The position numbers and the translations under genes were made by a program. From Nitrospiraceae bacterium (GTDB taxonomy: Bacteria; Nitrospirota; Nitrospiria; Nitrospirales; UBA2166): DNA of 64,000 bases. This document shows positions 29,981 to 41,931 of the stretch, one piece after another (the first letter of the stretch is position 1; each line of letters starts with the position of its first letter). The notes under the pieces were generated by a model. That model did no database searches. It was not told where the DNA came from and worked only from the letters and a program-made list of their open reading frames with translations. The stretch spans positions 561,781 to 625,780 of the forward strand of contig PBSN01000008.1 in the NCBI GenBank assembly GCA_002726235.1, read 5' to 3'.

Positions 29981-30729
29981 AACCTGTTATCGGCATCAGC
30001 CCAGACTTCCATTCTGGAGAGCAGGACGGTGCCATTGGTAGCCCCAGCCCAACCTATTACGTTCCCGAGCGATATATGAAGGCTGTAGAGCAGGCAGGTG
30101 CCATTCCCCTCATACTACCCTACGCCCACATAAACACTCTCCGGCCATTGTTCGCCAAACAATTGCATGGAGTGATGATGATTGGGAGTGGATCCGATCT
30201 CAATCCTCACTGCTATGGAGAACCCCCGCTTTATTCCTATCCCATCATGAGCAAGGCTCGATCAGAGTTTGATATCGCGCTCACCAAAGCCGCATGGAAA
30301 GCCAACCTGCCCTTACTCAGCATTTGCGGTGGGATGCAAACCGTCAATGTGGCACTTGGGGGCAGCCTCATCCAAGATATCGCCACCCAACTGCCTCGAG
30401 CCAAGAACCATAAGCCAGATGGACCCGTTGCTCGCACAACACATTCCATCGCTATTGTTCCAAAAAGCCATCTTTCAAAAATTGTTGGTCGCCGTCGCTT
30501 CCGTGTCAACAGTTGCCACCATCAGGCATTGAAGACGGTGGCTCCACAACTCACGGTGAGTGCGGTCGCTCCAGATGGAATTATCGAGGCAATCGAGGCC
30601 CCGATGTGCACATTTTTTGTTGGGATCCAATGGCACCCAGAGCACTTGTACGAGTGCTCAGAACCAAATCAGCTAATCTTTAGTGCGTTTGTGCGTGCCT
30701 CCCGTCGCCATGCTGCCACTACGCATTAA
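29977..30729 (+). CDS. Class I glutamine amidotransferase, peptidase C26 (PuuD-like gamma-glutamyl hydrolase)
   Basis: KPVIGI, ICGGMQ nucleophile elbow, [15 protein letters not shown]. Confidence 0.9.
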   Translation: MKPVIGISPDFHSGEQDGAIGSPSPTYYVPERYMKAVEQAGAIPLILPYAHINTLRPLFAKQLHGVMMIGSGSDLNPHCYGEPPLYSYPIMSKARSEFDIALTKAAWKANLPLLSICGGMQTVNVALGGSLIQDIATQLPRAKNHKPDGPVARTTHSIAIVPKSHLSKIVGRRRFRVNSCHHQALKTVAPQLTVSAVAPDGIIEAIEAPMCTFFVGIQWHPEHLYECSEPNQLIFSAFVRASRRHAATTH

Positions 30730-30785
30730 ACTCCCACACACATGAGTTGTTTATTCTCATACCTCCACCACGCCGATCGTACACA

Positions 30786-31610
30786 ATGACAGTGTCTTCA
30801 GGGACAGCACACTCAGCAATCACCTCATATTCGCTGGACAAGGAACCATACTATGCTGAAGTTGGCAAAGAGGTTGAGCTATTCACCACCGCAGCAAAGC
30901 TTCGCATGCCGATCCTCCTCAAAGGACCTACCGGGTGCGGGAAATCACGATTTGTACAATCAATGGCCTACCGCCTTGAACGCCCTCTTGTCACCGTTGC
31001 CTGCCACGAGGACCTCACCGCCTCTGATCTCGTCGGACGATATTTGCTGAAGGATGACGAGACCGTATGGATGGATGGCCCACTGAGCCTCGCCGTGAAG
31101 CACGGAGCAATCTGCTACCTAGACGAAATCGTCGAAGCAAGAAAAGATACGACGGTGCTCATTCATCCACTCACGGATGATCGACGGATCCTCCCAGTTG
31201 AAAAACGCGGAGAAACTCTCAAAGCCGCTGACAATTTCATGTTGGTGATGTCATACAACCCCGGGTACCAAAGTGCCATCAAAGATCTCAAACAGAGCAC
31301 TCGACAGCGGTTTCTTGCCGTCGAATTCGACTATCCTCCTCGTGACCTCGAATGCCAGATTATCATTCACGAAACAGGAATTGATCCAATCATGGCAGCA
31401 AGTGTGGTCAAACTTGGAGAAAAGGTGCGAAATTTAAAACACCATGGCCTCGATGAGGGAGTGAGCACAAGATTGCTGATTTATGCCGCAAGCCTCATTC
31501 ATCAGGGCATTTCTCCGCAACAAGCGTGCGACGCAGCCATCGTCCGGCCGATGAGCGATGATGCTGAAACCCAACGTGGGCTGCATGACCTCATCGCCAC
31601 TATTTTCTGA
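30786..31610 (+). CDS. CbbQ/NirQ/NorQ family AAA+ ATPase
   Basis: [58 protein letters not shown]. Confidence 0.93.
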   Translation: MTVSSGTAHSAITSYSLDKEPYYAEVGKEVELFTTAAKLRMPILLKGPTGCGKSRFVQSMAYRLERPLVTVACHEDLTASDLVGRYLLKDDETVWMDGPLSLAVKHGAICYLDEIVEARKDTTVLIHPLTDDRRILPVEKRGETLKAADNFMLVMSYNPGYQSAIKDLKQSTRQRFLAVEFDYPPRDLECQIIIHETGIDPIMAASVVKLGEKVRNLKHHGLDEGVSTRLLIYAASLIHQGISPQQACDAAIVRPMSDDAETQRGLHDLIATIF

Positions 31611-32601
31611 CCCACCCCAGTACATCGCCGGGATTGACCTCGGCACAAACACACTACGACTCCTAATCGCGCAAACTAAATCTGACGGACGCCTGGTCGC
31701 TGTGTATTCCGATCAGGTCATTGCTCGGCTTGGCGAAGGATTACAGCACAACGGAACATTACAGGATTCGGCCATAGACCGCACGATCCAAACGCTTCAA
31801 CGTTGGCATCCAATTCTCCTACAGCACGACATCAATCAACCAATTACAGTAGCCACGAGTGCCGTGCGGGATGCCGCAAATCGCGATAAATTCCTTCAGC
31901 GCGTGCAGACAGACGTAGGATTTACGGTCGAAGTCCTTTCCGGCCACGAAGAGGCGCGACGAACGCTCATCGGTATTGCTACAGGACTCACGCCTCCTAT
32001 CACCAACATACTCGCCATAGACATCGGTGGAGGAAGTACGGAGCTTATCTTCGCAAACAACGGACAATCCGATAAACTTTATTCGACTGATCTGGGTGTT
32101 GTGCGATTGACTGAGCAATTTCTCACATCCGACCCAATCCTTGATGATGAAATCAGTGCGGCGAGTTATTTTATCTTGGACCGCTTACAAATGCTTAAAA
32201 CCAAGCTCGGCAACATCGGTGATACGACGTTGCTCGGAACCGCTGGAACGATTACAACATTAGCAGCCATGGATCAAGAGCTGGCAAGCTATGACCCAAA
32301 AAAAGTTCATCAATACTGCTTGCCCCTCAAGACCATCCAGCAAATCAGAGAGACATGCGTTGATAAAACAATTGCAGAACGTCGAATGATGCCAGGGTTA
32401 GAGGCTGGACGAGCGGATGTGATCGTCGCCGGGATCCTCATCCTCCAACTCACCATGGAAAACTTAGGATTTTCAAACCTTTTTGTTAGCGAATTCGGAT
32501 TACGAGAAGGTATACTAGTCGATCAGATACAAAAGATTACTGGGAACCCAAGTTCCTTAGAATTGTTCGGAACCCCCCATCGAAGCGAGGGACAACCATG
32601 A
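31585..32601 (+). CDS. Ppx/GppA exopolyphosphatase family protein
   Basis: [42 protein letters not shown]. Confidence 0.92.
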   Translation: MTSSPLFSDPPQYIAGIDLGTNTLRLLIAQTKSDGRLVAVYSDQVIARLGEGLQHNGTLQDSAIDRTIQTLQRWHPILLQHDINQPITVATSAVRDAANRDKFLQRVQTDVGFTVEVLSGHEEARRTLIGIATGLTPPITNILAIDIGGGSTELIFANNGQSDKLYSTDLGVVRLTEQFLTSDPILDDEISAASYFILDRLQMLKTKLGNIGDTTLLGTAGTITTLAAMDQELASYDPKKVHQYCLPLKTIQQIRETCVDKTIAERRMMPGLEAGRADVIVAGILILQLTMENLGFSNLFVSEFGLREGILVDQIQKITGNPSSLELFGTPHRSEGQP

Positions 32602-32984
32602 TACGCGTATTCTACAGACCTTCGACTCAGCTTTTGATTCTTTTCTCCATCATCGTAATATTTTTCTTTGCTGAAAGTGCATCATCCCAAAACTCTCATG
32701 AGGAGTTTACCGTTGTTACGACGGTGAATGGCTTTACCCCCGATGTCATCGAAGTTCCACGTGGAAGCGAGGTTCGATTAATTTTCACGACACCCGATAC
32801 GGAACATTCGGTTACACCATCCGCATTTGGCGTGGAAAAAACCATGATCCTGCCAGGCGGCAAAACAGTCATTGAATTCACAGCAAAAGAATCCGGCACA
32901 TTTAAACTCGGCTGCACAACACTCTGCTCCTATCGCCACTTCCTCTTCATGCGGCCGGTGCTGTTTGTTGTGGTAGCACCCTAA
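32598..32984 (+). CDS. Exported cupredoxin-domain protein
   Basis: Signal peptide, FTPDVIEV..G..VRL, EHS, GTF..GCTTLCSYRH..M. Confidence 0.8.
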   Translation: MIRVFYRPSTQLLILFSIIVIFFFAESASSQNSHEEFTVVTTVNGFTPDVIEVPRGSEVRLIFTTPDTEHSVTPSAFGVEKTMILPGGKTVIEFTAKESGTFKLGCTTLCSYRHFLFMRPVLFVVVAP

Positions 32985-33316
32985 CCCAGACTAACCCAAT
33001 CGCCATCTGCGTACTTGTCGGCATAGATATGTCGCTGAGGCCGATACCCTCACAGCCTCTGATTCCGCGACGCCTCGCCGGCGATAGATAGGTGCCGCCT
33101 CAGCATCGCAACAATCCCATTCCGACGATGTCCGGCTTTCTTCAGGCTGTTCAATCTGGTATCGTCCCTCTCAAGTGCGTTGCGTGTCCCCTCTCATATG
33201 AGTTGAATTCGTGAGGTTGTCACAGAATACCCAGCTTAATGAGAGAGGTGAGACGTGTTGAAAAAACTGGCCAGGTTGCTTGACGGGAGTCATTGGTCGT
33301 ACAGAAGAGGTGATAC

Positions 33317-34882
33317 ATGGCTTTGAAAGTAATGTTCATATATCCGAACCATAAAGGAATGAATATGCTTCCTCCAGGCATCGCTCTTTTGTCAGCGTGT
33401 CTGAAGATGGAGGGTTTTAACGTCGAACTTTTTGACACTACATATTACGATACAATTGATGGATCAGCGGTTGACTCAGACAAGTCAAAATCTGATCGGC
33501 TGATGGCTCGATCCTATACTATGCCTTCACCTGTAGCTCAACTCACCACGACACTTAAATGTTCGGATGTGTACGAAGACTTCCTAAAGGCAGTAACAAC
33601 ATTTGAGCCTGATCTTTTGGCTTTATCCGCAACAGAGGACATGTTTTTGCTAGGCATGCGCCTTTTAACGAAAGTCCAACACTTAAAGATTCTAACAATC
33701 GCGGGTGGAGTATTTCCAACATTTGCTCCGGAAGTAGTATTGAGTTATCCCGAAATTAGTATTGTTTGTAAGGGAGAAGGAGAAGATGCGCTGATAGAAT
33801 TGTGCCGGCGACTTGAGACGGGAAAAGAGTATGACGATATAAACAATCTCTGGGTTCGGAAAAGGGATGGCAGCATTAGGAAAAATCCCACTAAAATGAC
33901 TGACATGGACAAGAATCCCCTTATTGACATGACCATTTTTGAGGAAGCTCGTTTCTATCGCCCTATGGGAGGAAAAGTCTATAGGATGTTTCCAGTAGAA
34001 ACGCACCGCGGGTGTCCTTATCCATGTACATTCTGTAATTCTCCAACTCAAATGGAGCTGTATCGAGCTGAAGAAGGAAAGTCTTATTTGCGTCGAAAAA
34101 GTTTCGATAATATGAAACGCGAGTTACTCTTTTATAAAAATGAAATGAAAGCAGAGTATTTATATTTTTGGGCGGATACATTTTTTTCATGGAAACAGGG
34201 GGAATTTGAAGAATTTGCGGAGCTTTACAAAGAAATTGGTCTTCCTTTCTGGTGCCAGACGAGAGTAGAAACAGTGAATAAGCGCCGACTACAAGTACTA
34301 CGGGATATTGGGTGTGCCAGAATCTCGTTCGGTCTTGAACATGGAAATGATGAATTTAGAAAAAAGCATATACGAAGGCATATGTCGAACGATGTTGTCA
34401 TTCGATCATTTGAACTTACCAAAGAAGTAGGAATTCCATTTAGCGTTAACAATATTATTGGGTTTCCTCATGAGACTTACGAACTGGCATTTGACACAGT
34501 CCGGCTTAATCGTCAATTTGATGCCGATGATAGAAATGCTTACCCTTATACTCCATTTACCGGGACACCAATGAGAGATGATTGTGAAAAACTTGGTTTT
34601 CTGAAAAAGGGAGACATAGTAAATTCTTTGGTAGCCGGAAGTTCTATTTTAGATATGCCGCAGTTTCCTGCGAAGCAAGTGCAGGGGCTTATTAAGACAT
34701 TTAATATGTATGTGAAGTTTCCAGAATCAAGATGGCCTGAGATCAAGAGAGCAGAAGAGGATTCTTCCACAGGAGAGAAATTATATTCAGAACTTAAAAA
34801 AGAATTCATGGAAACATTTTGGAATGAAGACAATACTAGTTTTGAGGAATCGAGTGCAAATCATCCAATGAACACTACGTAG
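33317..34882 (+). CDS. B12-binding radical SAM protein (class B-like), AT-rich
   Basis: N-terminal B12-binding domain (PPGIALLSACL, IAGGVFPT, GEGE), RGCPYPCTFC (CxxxCxxC), ADTF, GLEHG, IIGFPHET. Confidence 0.9.
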   Translation: MALKVMFIYPNHKGMNMLPPGIALLSACLKMEGFNVELFDTTYYDTIDGSAVDSDKSKSDRLMARSYTMPSPVAQLTTTLKCSDVYEDFLKAVTTFEPDLLALSATEDMFLLGMRLLTKVQHLKILTIAGGVFPTFAPEVVLSYPEISIVCKGEGEDALIELCRRLETGKEYDDINNLWVRKRDGSIRKNPTKMTDMDKNPLIDMTIFEEARFYRPMGGKVYRMFPVETHRGCPYPCTFCNSPTQMELYRAEEGKSYLRRKSFDNMKRELLFYKNEMKAEYLYFWADTFFSWKQGEFEEFAELYKEIGLPFWCQTRVETVNKRRLQVLRDIGCARISFGLEHGNDEFRKKHIRRHMSNDVVIRSFELTKEVGIPFSVNNIIGFPHETYELAFDTVRLNRQFDADDRNAYPYTPFTGTPMRDDCEKLGFLKKGDIVNSLVAGSSILDMPQFPAKQVQGLIKTFNMYVKFPESRWPEIKRAEEDSSTGEKLYSELKKEFMETFWNEDNTSFEESSANHPMNTT

Positions 34883-34938
34883 CAAGTAGAAGCTTTTGGT
34901 CTGATATACGTGATGTAGCATCGGATATCGCGGCGAGC

Positions 34939-37900
34939 TTATGTCTCGTAGGCGATGATAGGGGAAAGCCACCGTTCCAGTTCTGAAACCTTCATTCCTT
35001 TTCTTATTGCCAAATCTTCTACTTGATCCCGACCAATTTTTCCCGTGCCGAAATACCTGGCTTCGGGATGAGAGAAATAAAACCCGCTGACAGATGCCGC
35101 GGGGAGCATGGCAAAACTCTCAGTCAGGCGAATCCCAGTGTGTTTCTCAGTCTCCAATAGTTTCCAGAGGAGTGCCTTTTCGCTGTGGTCTGGGCAAGCG
35201 GGATAGCCAGGTGCTGGTCGAATTCCCCGATACTCCTCTCCGATCAACTTTTCATTTGACAGGTTCTCATCGTGAACATACCCCCAAAATTCTTTTCTGA
35301 CACGCTCATGCATATGTTCAGCAAAGGCCTCGGCCAAGCGATCTGCAATGGCTTTGATCAGGATGACACTGTAGTCATCATGCGCTTGCTCAAATTTTGT
35401 GACAATGGAATCGATACCAATACCTGTGGTGACGGCAAACGCCCCAATATAATCTTCTGTGCCGCTACTTCTCGGAGCAATAAGGTCCGCTAAACACTGG
35501 TTTGGACTATCTTTGAGTCGTGTCATCTGCTGGCGAATGTGATGCAGGGTTACCAAAACCGTCGAGCGGTTCTCGTCGGTGTAAACCTCGATATCATCGT
35601 CCCCACACAGGTTTGCCGGGAAGAATCCCAGCACTGCACGAGCAATGAGCCATTTCTCGCCAACGATGCGATCCAGCATGGTTTGCGCGTCTTCATAGAG
35701 TTTCTTGGCCACTTTTCCTACAGTGGGATCTTCAAGAATTGCAGGAAACCGCCCTGGAAGTTCCCAGGTCTGGAAGAATGGTGTCCAATCGATTCTCCCT
35801 AGTAAATCCTTTAGCGGGTAATCCTTAAATGGTTTTACGCCAAGAATGTTTGGTTTTGGAGGCTGATAGATCTTCCAATCTGTTTTCAGTCTATTGGCTC
35901 GTGCTGCTTTGATGGAGACAAGCCTGACCTTTTGCGTACGATTCGCATGCTGTTCTCGCTTAGCCTCATATTCTTCTTTCACTTTTGCGACAAAGTCATT
36001 TTGTGCGTTCGTAGATAATAATTGGTGTACGACACCCACCGTGCGAGAGGCATCTTTCACGTATACGGCTGGACCGTGATATTGGGGATCAATTTTTACC
36101 GCGGTATGTGCGATGGACGTTGTTGCTCCACCAATGAGCAATGGGATTTTAAATCCGATCCGATCCATTTCGCTTGCGACATGGATCATTTCATCTAATG
36201 ACGGTGTAATGAGTCCGGATAGTCCGATAATGTCAGCGTTCTCTTTCCAAGCGGTGTCGAGAATTCGCTCGCATGGAACCATTACACCAAGGTCGATCAC
36301 CTCATAGTTGTTGCATTGCAAAACAACACCAACAATATTCTTTCCAATATCGTGTACATCCCCTTTGACGGTCGCGAGAAGCACCTTCCCTTTTGATCGA
36401 TTTTCGGCTAATTGATCGGCTTTAATAAAGGGATCAAGATAGTTCACCGCTTTTTTCATGACTCGGGCAGATTTAACTACCTGAGGAAGAAACATCTTTC
36501 CAGATCCAAAGAGATCACCGACAACGTTCATCCCATCCATAAGCGGTCCCTCGATGACCTGAATAGGGCGGTCTGCCTCTTGACGTGCCTGTTCCGTATC
36601 TTCTTCAATATAATCCGTAATGCCCTTGACCAAAGCATGTTCAAGGCGTTTTTCGGTTGGCCACTGGCGCCATAATGGGTCTTCTTGTTTCTGCGCTTGA
36701 TCCCCGGAGTCTTTATATCGGTCCGCAATTTCCAGAAGACGTTCAGTAGCATCAGGGCGGCGGTTCAATACAACATCCTCGATACGCTCACGTAACTCGT
36801 CTTCGATGTCTTCATAAACTGTGAGTTGTCCTGGGTTTACAATGCCCATAGTCATACCAGCATCAATCGCATGATACAGAAACACGGAATGCATGGCCTC
36901 TCGTAAAAGATTGTTCCCGCGGAACGAGAAGGAAAAATTTGACACTCCACCGCTAACCATCGCATGGGGTAAGGTGGCCTTAATTTCCCGTGTGGCCTCG
37001 ATAAAGTCCACACCATAATTATTGTGTTCCTCAATCCCCGTCGCAACCGCAAAGATATTCGGATCAAAAATAATATCCTCTGCAGGAAACCCAACCTGCT
37101 CCGTAAGAATCTTATAGGCTCGACAACAGATCTGAATTTTGTGTTCTTTCGTTGCGGCTTGCCCATGCTCATCAAAGGCCATGACGATGGCTGCCGCCCC
37201 ATAATGGCGAATCTTCTTTGCTCGCTCAATGAAGAACTCTTCCCCATCTTTGAGGCTGATGGAGTTGACCACTGATTTTCCTTGAACGCATTTCAATCCC
37301 TCCTCAATAACCTCCCATTTCGAAGAGTCGATCATGATCGGGACACGCGCAATGTCAGGCTCGGACGCAATTAGGCGAAGAAATGTCCCCATGGCCTGTT
37401 TCGAATCCAGCATGCCTTCATCCATGTTGACATCGGTGAGTTGCGCGCCGGCTACGACTTGGTCACGTGCGACATTTAAGGCAATTTCATACTGATCGGC
37501 TTTGATCAATTTACGAAATTTGGCAGAGCCTGTGACATTTGTTCGTTCTCCGACATTCACAAACAATGAGTCCGGGGAAATGGCCAGAGGTTCTAAACCA
37601 CTTAACCGGCAAGCGTTCGGCAATTTTGGAATGACGCGTGGTGGTATACCTTTGATAGCTTCGGCAATGGCCGTAATATATTCTGGTCGTGTGCCACAAC
37701 AGCCACCGACAATATTCAACAGACCCGTTTGAGCGAATTCTTTTATGAAGGAAGCCATCTCGTCTGGCGTTTGGTCGTATTCACCAAATTCATTGGGAAG
37801 GCCAGCATTCGGATGGGCACTTACATGGGTATCGGCGATATGAGCAAGTTCTTGCATATATGGCCTAAGTTGTGCTGCTCCTAGCGCGCAATTTAGACCG

Positions 37901-38625
37901 ACAGAAATTGGATTGACGTGACGCACTGAATTCCAGAACGCTTCGGTGGTTTGGCCGGAGAGAGTGCGTCCCGAAGCATCGGTAATGGTTCCAGAAATCA
38001 TGATGGGTAGCGGATCATTTCTCCCATCATTAAATTGAGCCATGGCATAGAGAGCCGCCTTAGCATTCAGGGTATCAAAAATCGTTTCGACGAGAATAAG
38101 GTCGACTCCTCCTGCAACAAGTGCGCGGATCGCTTCAGCATATGTGGCAACAAGTTCGTCAAAAGAAACGTTTCGAAAACCTGGATTATTTACATCAGGC
38201 GACATCGTCGCGGTCCGGTTGGTAGGCCCGAGTACACCGGCAACAAAACGCATCTGCCCAGTGTGGTTGGCCACCTCATCAGCTGTGTTCCTCGCTAACG
38301 TTGCCGCTTCAAAATTCAACTCGTACACAAGATGTTCCATCTGATAGTCAGCCATCGAAATAGAATTGGAGTTGAAGGTATTCGTCTCGATGATATCGGC
38401 TCCCGCCTCATAATAGGCACGGTGAATTGCCGCAATGATCTTTGGCTGGGTAAGCACCAAGAGATCATTGTTTCCCTTAAGATCACAGGGATGCTTTGCG
38501 AACCGCTGACCACGAAAGTCCTGTTCCTCAAGGATGTGACCTTGAATCATAGTGCCCATGGCACCATCAAGAATGACGATGCGCTGACTAAGGAGATGTA
38601 TGAGTTGTTCCATGCGGTTGTTCAT
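34939..38625 (-). CDS. metH: Cobalamin-dependent methionine synthase
   Basis: [59 protein letters not shown] at 38625 preferred over the TTG at 38661. Confidence 0.98.
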   Translation of the reverse strand: MNNRMEQLIHLLSQRIVILDGAMGTMIQGHILEEQDFRGQRFAKHPCDLKGNNDLLVLTQPKIIAAIHRAYYEAGADIIETNTFNSNSISMADYQMEHLVYELNFEAATLARNTADEVANHTGQMRFVAGVLGPTNRTATMSPDVNNPGFRNVSFDELVATYAEAIRALVAGGVDLILVETIFDTLNAKAALYAMAQFNDGRNDPLPIMISGTITDASGRTLSGQTTEAFWNSVRHVNPISVGLNCALGAAQLRPYMQELAHIADTHVSAHPNAGLPNEFGEYDQTPDEMASFIKEFAQTGLLNIVGGCCGTRPEYITAIAEAIKGIPPRVIPKLPNACRLSGLEPLAISPDSLFVNVGERTNVTGSAKFRKLIKADQYEIALNVARDQVVAGAQLTDVNMDEGMLDSKQAMGTFLRLIASEPDIARVPIMIDSSKWEVIEEGLKCVQGKSVVNSISLKDGEEFFIERAKKIRHYGAAAIVMAFDEHGQAATKEHKIQICCRAYKILTEQVGFPAEDIIFDPNIFAVATGIEEHNNYGVDFIEATREIKATLPHAMVSGGVSNFSFSFRGNNLLREAMHSVFLYHAIDAGMTMGIVNPGQLTVYEDIEDELRERIEDVVLNRRPDATERLLEIADRYKDSGDQAQKQEDPLWRQWPTEKRLEHALVKGITDYIEEDTEQARQEADRPIQVIEGPLMDGMNVVGDLFGSGKMFLPQVVKSARVMKKAVNYLDPFIKADQLAENRSKGKVLLATVKGDVHDIGKNIVGVVLQCNNYEVIDLGVMVPCERILDTAWKENADIIGLSGLITPSLDEMIHVASEMDRIGFKIPLLIGGATTSIAHTAVKIDPQYHGPAVYVKDASRTVGVVHQLLSTNAQNDFVAKVKEEYEAKREQHANRTQKVRLVSIKAARANRLKTDWKIYQPPKPNILGVKPFKDYPLKDLLGRIDWTPFFQTWELPGRFPAILEDPTVGKVAKKLYEDAQTMLDRIVGEKWLIARAVLGFFPANLCGDDDIEVYTDENRSTVLVTLHHIRQQMTRLKDSPNQCLADLIAPRSSGTEDYIGAFAVTTGIGIDSIVTKFEQAHDDYSVILIKAIADRLAEAFAEHMHERVRKEFWGYVHDENLSNEKLIGEEYRGIRPAPGYPACPDHSEKALLWKLLETEKHTGIRLTESFAMLPAASVSGFYFSHPEARYFGTGKIGRDQVEDLAIRKGMKVSELERWLSPIIAYET

Positions 38626-38882
38626 ATTGCTACTAGCTACTTCCTGTCTACCTATAATCAATTAGCATATTCTTCATCAAGGTGTTGTGATGCAACGTTG
38701 GTTGCCATCGCCGATACTCCCCCTTGGCTGGAGGTAAGCGACACCAGCCCAAGCTTGGCGAAATCGCTAACCTGATTCTTATCTTTGTACTGTACTGTGT
38801 GAATGAATTCAGTTTTCACGCCACAACGATCGCGTTTCACCGGGTTGTGTCATAGCGGCATTACTACTCCTGTTCGCCAGCA

Positions 38883-39305
38883 TCATGGGTATTCTACGAC
38901 TCGTCTATCTTTCCCATCAAACGGCGGGGTAAAGATTGCATAAGCTTGAGTTGGATCTTGGCCAATATTTTTAGCCCAATGCAAAACACCTCGTGGAATC
39001 TTGATAAGATCGCCTGGACCCATCGATATCGCATGATCCTTAAAATTGACAGTGCTCGTTCCCGAAAGAATGAAGACCGTTAAATCGTGGCGATCGTGAA
39101 TATGGGGTGACTCGGCTCCCTTGAGACGGACCAAATGGAAACTGGCTTCCGCCGTCGCTCTAAGATTTTTCACCGCAACATCGCTGGTGAGCTCATCTTG
39201 GCTCCATTGCACATTTGGGCTAGTTTTATTACTCTCTGCCACACTTGCATGGGGCAGGAGAAAAATAACAGCAGTCACAGGAAGCAGTAAAAATCTTGTT
39301 TTCAT
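38883..39305 (-). CDS. Exported cupin-domain protein
   Basis: Signal peptide from the ATG at 39305; cupin motifs PHIHDRHD..FILSG and GDLIKIPRGVLH. Confidence 0.8.
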   Translation of the reverse strand: MKTRFLLLPVTAVIFLLPHASVAESNKTSPNVQWSQDELTSDVAVKNLRATAEASFHLVRLKGAESPHIHDRHDLTVFILSGTSTVNFKDHAISMGPGDLIKIPRGVLHWAKNIGQDPTQAYAIFTPPFDGKDRRVVEYP

Positions 39306-39406
39306 AACTAGTTGCAAACTAACAACAAATAATAACTTTAGGTTAATCCTCCTCATCCCAAGTTCTGTGGTGTTCGAGGGTAGCCCCTCCAGATATAACA
39401 CAAACC

Positions 39407-40702
39407 ATGCTGAAGTTGCAGGCAACAAGTACTGTTTATGCCCAGTTTTGGAAATGTTTTGGGCCTGGGTTACTGTTTGCGGGATCCTCAATCGGAGTCT
39501 CTCATCTGATCCAATCGACCAGGGCGGGTGCGATGGCGGGATTAGCCCTCTCTGGAGTCATTCTTTGTGCCATCGTCCTTAAATACCCCTTCTTCGAATT
39601 TGCGCCTCGCTATACCGCTGCAACCGGTCGCAGTCTCATCGAGGGCTATCGACGCATCGGACGCTGGGCTCTCTGGACCTATGTCTTGTTCACCGTATTT
39701 TCATCTATCATCATCCAAACGGCGGTGATATTGTTTACCAGTTATCTCTTGCAGTTTGTCTTTGGATTGAGCTTCTCCCTATCAATGATTGGGGGAATGT
39801 TGTGTCTCGTGTGTGGCCTACTTCTCTGGATTGGTCGTTTTCAGATTCTGGACAAGAGCATCAAGGTCATCCTGTTGCTGCTTGCCTGTTCCACACTAGC
39901 CGCCGCTGTGATGATAGTGCCACGAGTCGACTTCTCGACCGCTGGACTCTGGGTATTCGACGGTGCCGAGTTGATTGTTCCTCTCGGATTCCTTCTCGCA
40001 CTGATCGGATGGATGCCGACAGCGATCGATCTGTCGGTATGGAGTTCCCTGTGGACACTGGCAAAAAACAGGGCATCAGGAGTCACAACTAATGTGGCCA
40101 CGGCGCGACTTGATTTCCAGATTGGCTATTTTGGAACCGGTATTGCTGCATTCGCATTTGTCATCATCGGAGCAGGTGTCATGCATAGCACTGGCGAAAC
40201 CTTGAGCGCAAAAGGAACCGTGTTTTCAACTCAACTAATCAACCTGTATACCATAGCACTTGGCGAGTGGATTCAACCGATTGTGATCGTCGCCGTACTC
40301 ACGACCATGCTCTCAACGTCATTGACCGTTGTGGATGGATTTCCGCGGGCACTCGACCATGCTATTCGAAACCTTAAGTTCCCAAACAGGCAAGATCAAC
40401 TGTACGGCCAGATTGGACCATTGTACTGGATTATTCTGGTGATCCTTGCCGTACTCACTGTTGTGGCACTTGAGATTTTCAGCGGCAACATGACCACAAT
40501 GGTTGACTTTGCGACTATCATGTCGTTTCTGACGGCTCCGATACTAGGCTATCTGAACTTGCGGGCAGTATGTTCGGACGATGTTCCACCGGAGCACCAG
40601 CCTGGACCTGCCATGCGAATGTTATCATACGCGGGATTACTGTTTATGGGTGTACTCGCATTAACCTACATCGGGTTTCGGGTATACGGTAGCAGCGTCT
40701 AA
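39407..40702 (+). CDS. Nramp-like divalent metal cation transporter
   Basis: GPGLLFAGSSIGVSHLIQSTRAGA, KYPFFEF, GWMPTAID, multiple TM segments. Confidence 0.82.
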   Translation: MLKLQATSTVYAQFWKCFGPGLLFAGSSIGVSHLIQSTRAGAMAGLALSGVILCAIVLKYPFFEFAPRYTAATGRSLIEGYRRIGRWALWTYVLFTVFSSIIIQTAVILFTSYLLQFVFGLSFSLSMIGGMLCLVCGLLLWIGRFQILDKSIKVILLLLACSTLAAAVMIVPRVDFSTAGLWVFDGAELIVPLGFLLALIGWMPTAIDLSVWSSLWTLAKNRASGVTTNVATARLDFQIGYFGTGIAAFAFVIIGAGVMHSTGETLSAKGTVFSTQLINLYTIALGEWIQPIVIVAVLTTMLSTSLTVVDGFPRALDHAIRNLKFPNRQDQLYGQIGPLYWIILVILAVLTVVALEIFSGNMTTMVDFATIMSFLTAPILGYLNLRAVCSDDVPPEHQPGPAMRMLSYAGLLFMGVLALTYIGFRVYGSSV

Positions 40703-40949
40703 ATAGACCGCCGAACCTTATCAGAGGAAATTAACAACATTGGGTTTCGTGATAAAATTCACAGCGAGGCTGAAACCCTGATCCGCCATACACACGATTT
40801 GCCTATAACGTCCGATAACGTGGAGTAAGGTGGTGACATATAGCCTTGCCTTTGTAGACATAATATTGCAGGATACGAGACCGTTTATGACGTTTTAAGA
40901 TGAGAAATATATGTTCGTTTAGGTCCGTAATTAAGGAGGAATAAGTGTA

Positions 40950-41822
40950 ATGCTGAGCAACAGAATGCAGTGGACAGTCGGGATATGTGGAATGATTTTC
41001 GTCATGATGATTGCGGGAAATGCGCAAGCTGAGATCGTGGCGAAAGTTAATGGAATTGGGGTTTCATCAGACCGCATCGATGAGTGGATACGGACACTTC
41101 CCGATCAGGAACGACAACGCGCGAGAACCCCAGAAGGGATGCAAATTGTCTTGCAACAGGTAATCGCCGAAGAAGTTATGTATCATGAGGCACAGCGAAA
41201 CCACATTGATCGCTTAACCTCCGTGCTCGATCGGATCGAACAAACTCGTAGACAAACCATGGTTGGCGAGTTGGCCAACCAGATGCTGCGAGAGCAGGGA
41301 GGGATTGAAGCCGTTCGCACGCATTACAATGCACATAAACAGGCCTACAAGAGAGTTCGAGCAAGTCATATCCTGACCGAAACTATCGAAGACCTTGAAG
41401 AAGCGCGAGCGATGTTGGATCAGGGAATGGACTTTGCAGCACTCGCGAAAAAAGTGTCCAAAGATCCATCAGCAGCGACAAATGGTGGAGACCTAGGGCT
41501 ATTTACTCACCAAATGATGGTGCCAGAATTTGCAGACGCGGCTTTCGCTATGAAGATTAACGAATTGAAGGGACCAGTAAAAACACGGTATGGATATCAC
41601 TTGATTAAGTTAGTCGATATTCAATTGCCAGGGGATTTCGATGCCTTGGAGGAAAAAGAGCGTCAATTAATTCGACGGGAATTGTTTCAGAAGCGGCTCG
41701 ATGAACTCCACACCCAAGCTGACATTGAGGTTTTTGACGATGCAGTGAGCAAATATATAGACGGGCCAAAGCAATCTGGGGCCAATGAAATGGATTTTGA
41801 GGATACGAGCCACAACGAATAG
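40950..41822 (+). CDS. Parvulin-type peptidyl-prolyl isomerase (PrsA/SurA-like)
   Basis: RBS aaggagg, signal peptide, VRASHIL, FAALAKKVSKDP..NGGDLG, PVKTRYGYHLI. Confidence 0.92.
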   Translation: MLSNRMQWTVGICGMIFVMMIAGNAQAEIVAKVNGIGVSSDRIDEWIRTLPDQERQRARTPEGMQIVLQQVIAEEVMYHEAQRNHIDRLTSVLDRIEQTRRQTMVGELANQMLREQGGIEAVRTHYNAHKQAYKRVRASHILTETIEDLEEARAMLDQGMDFAALAKKVSKDPSAATNGGDLGLFTHQMMVPEFADAAFAMKINELKGPVKTRYGYHLIKLVDIQLPGDFDALEEKERQLIRRELFQKRLDELHTQADIEVFDDAVSKYIDGPKQSGANEMDFEDTSHNE

Positions 41823-41931
41823 GCTTGTGTCCTATAAAGCCTATGTGAAATGCAGAATATTATGTCGTGTGCTTTGTTGCCATTTTTGAGGATGCACTAA
41901 GTTTTTGGCCGCTGAAACACTGTGTGTGTAG

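Noticed and set aside
39306-39491. Long N-terminus of the cupin ORF
   Set aside because: It overlaps the divergent transporter start; the signal peptide begins at the ATG at 39305.
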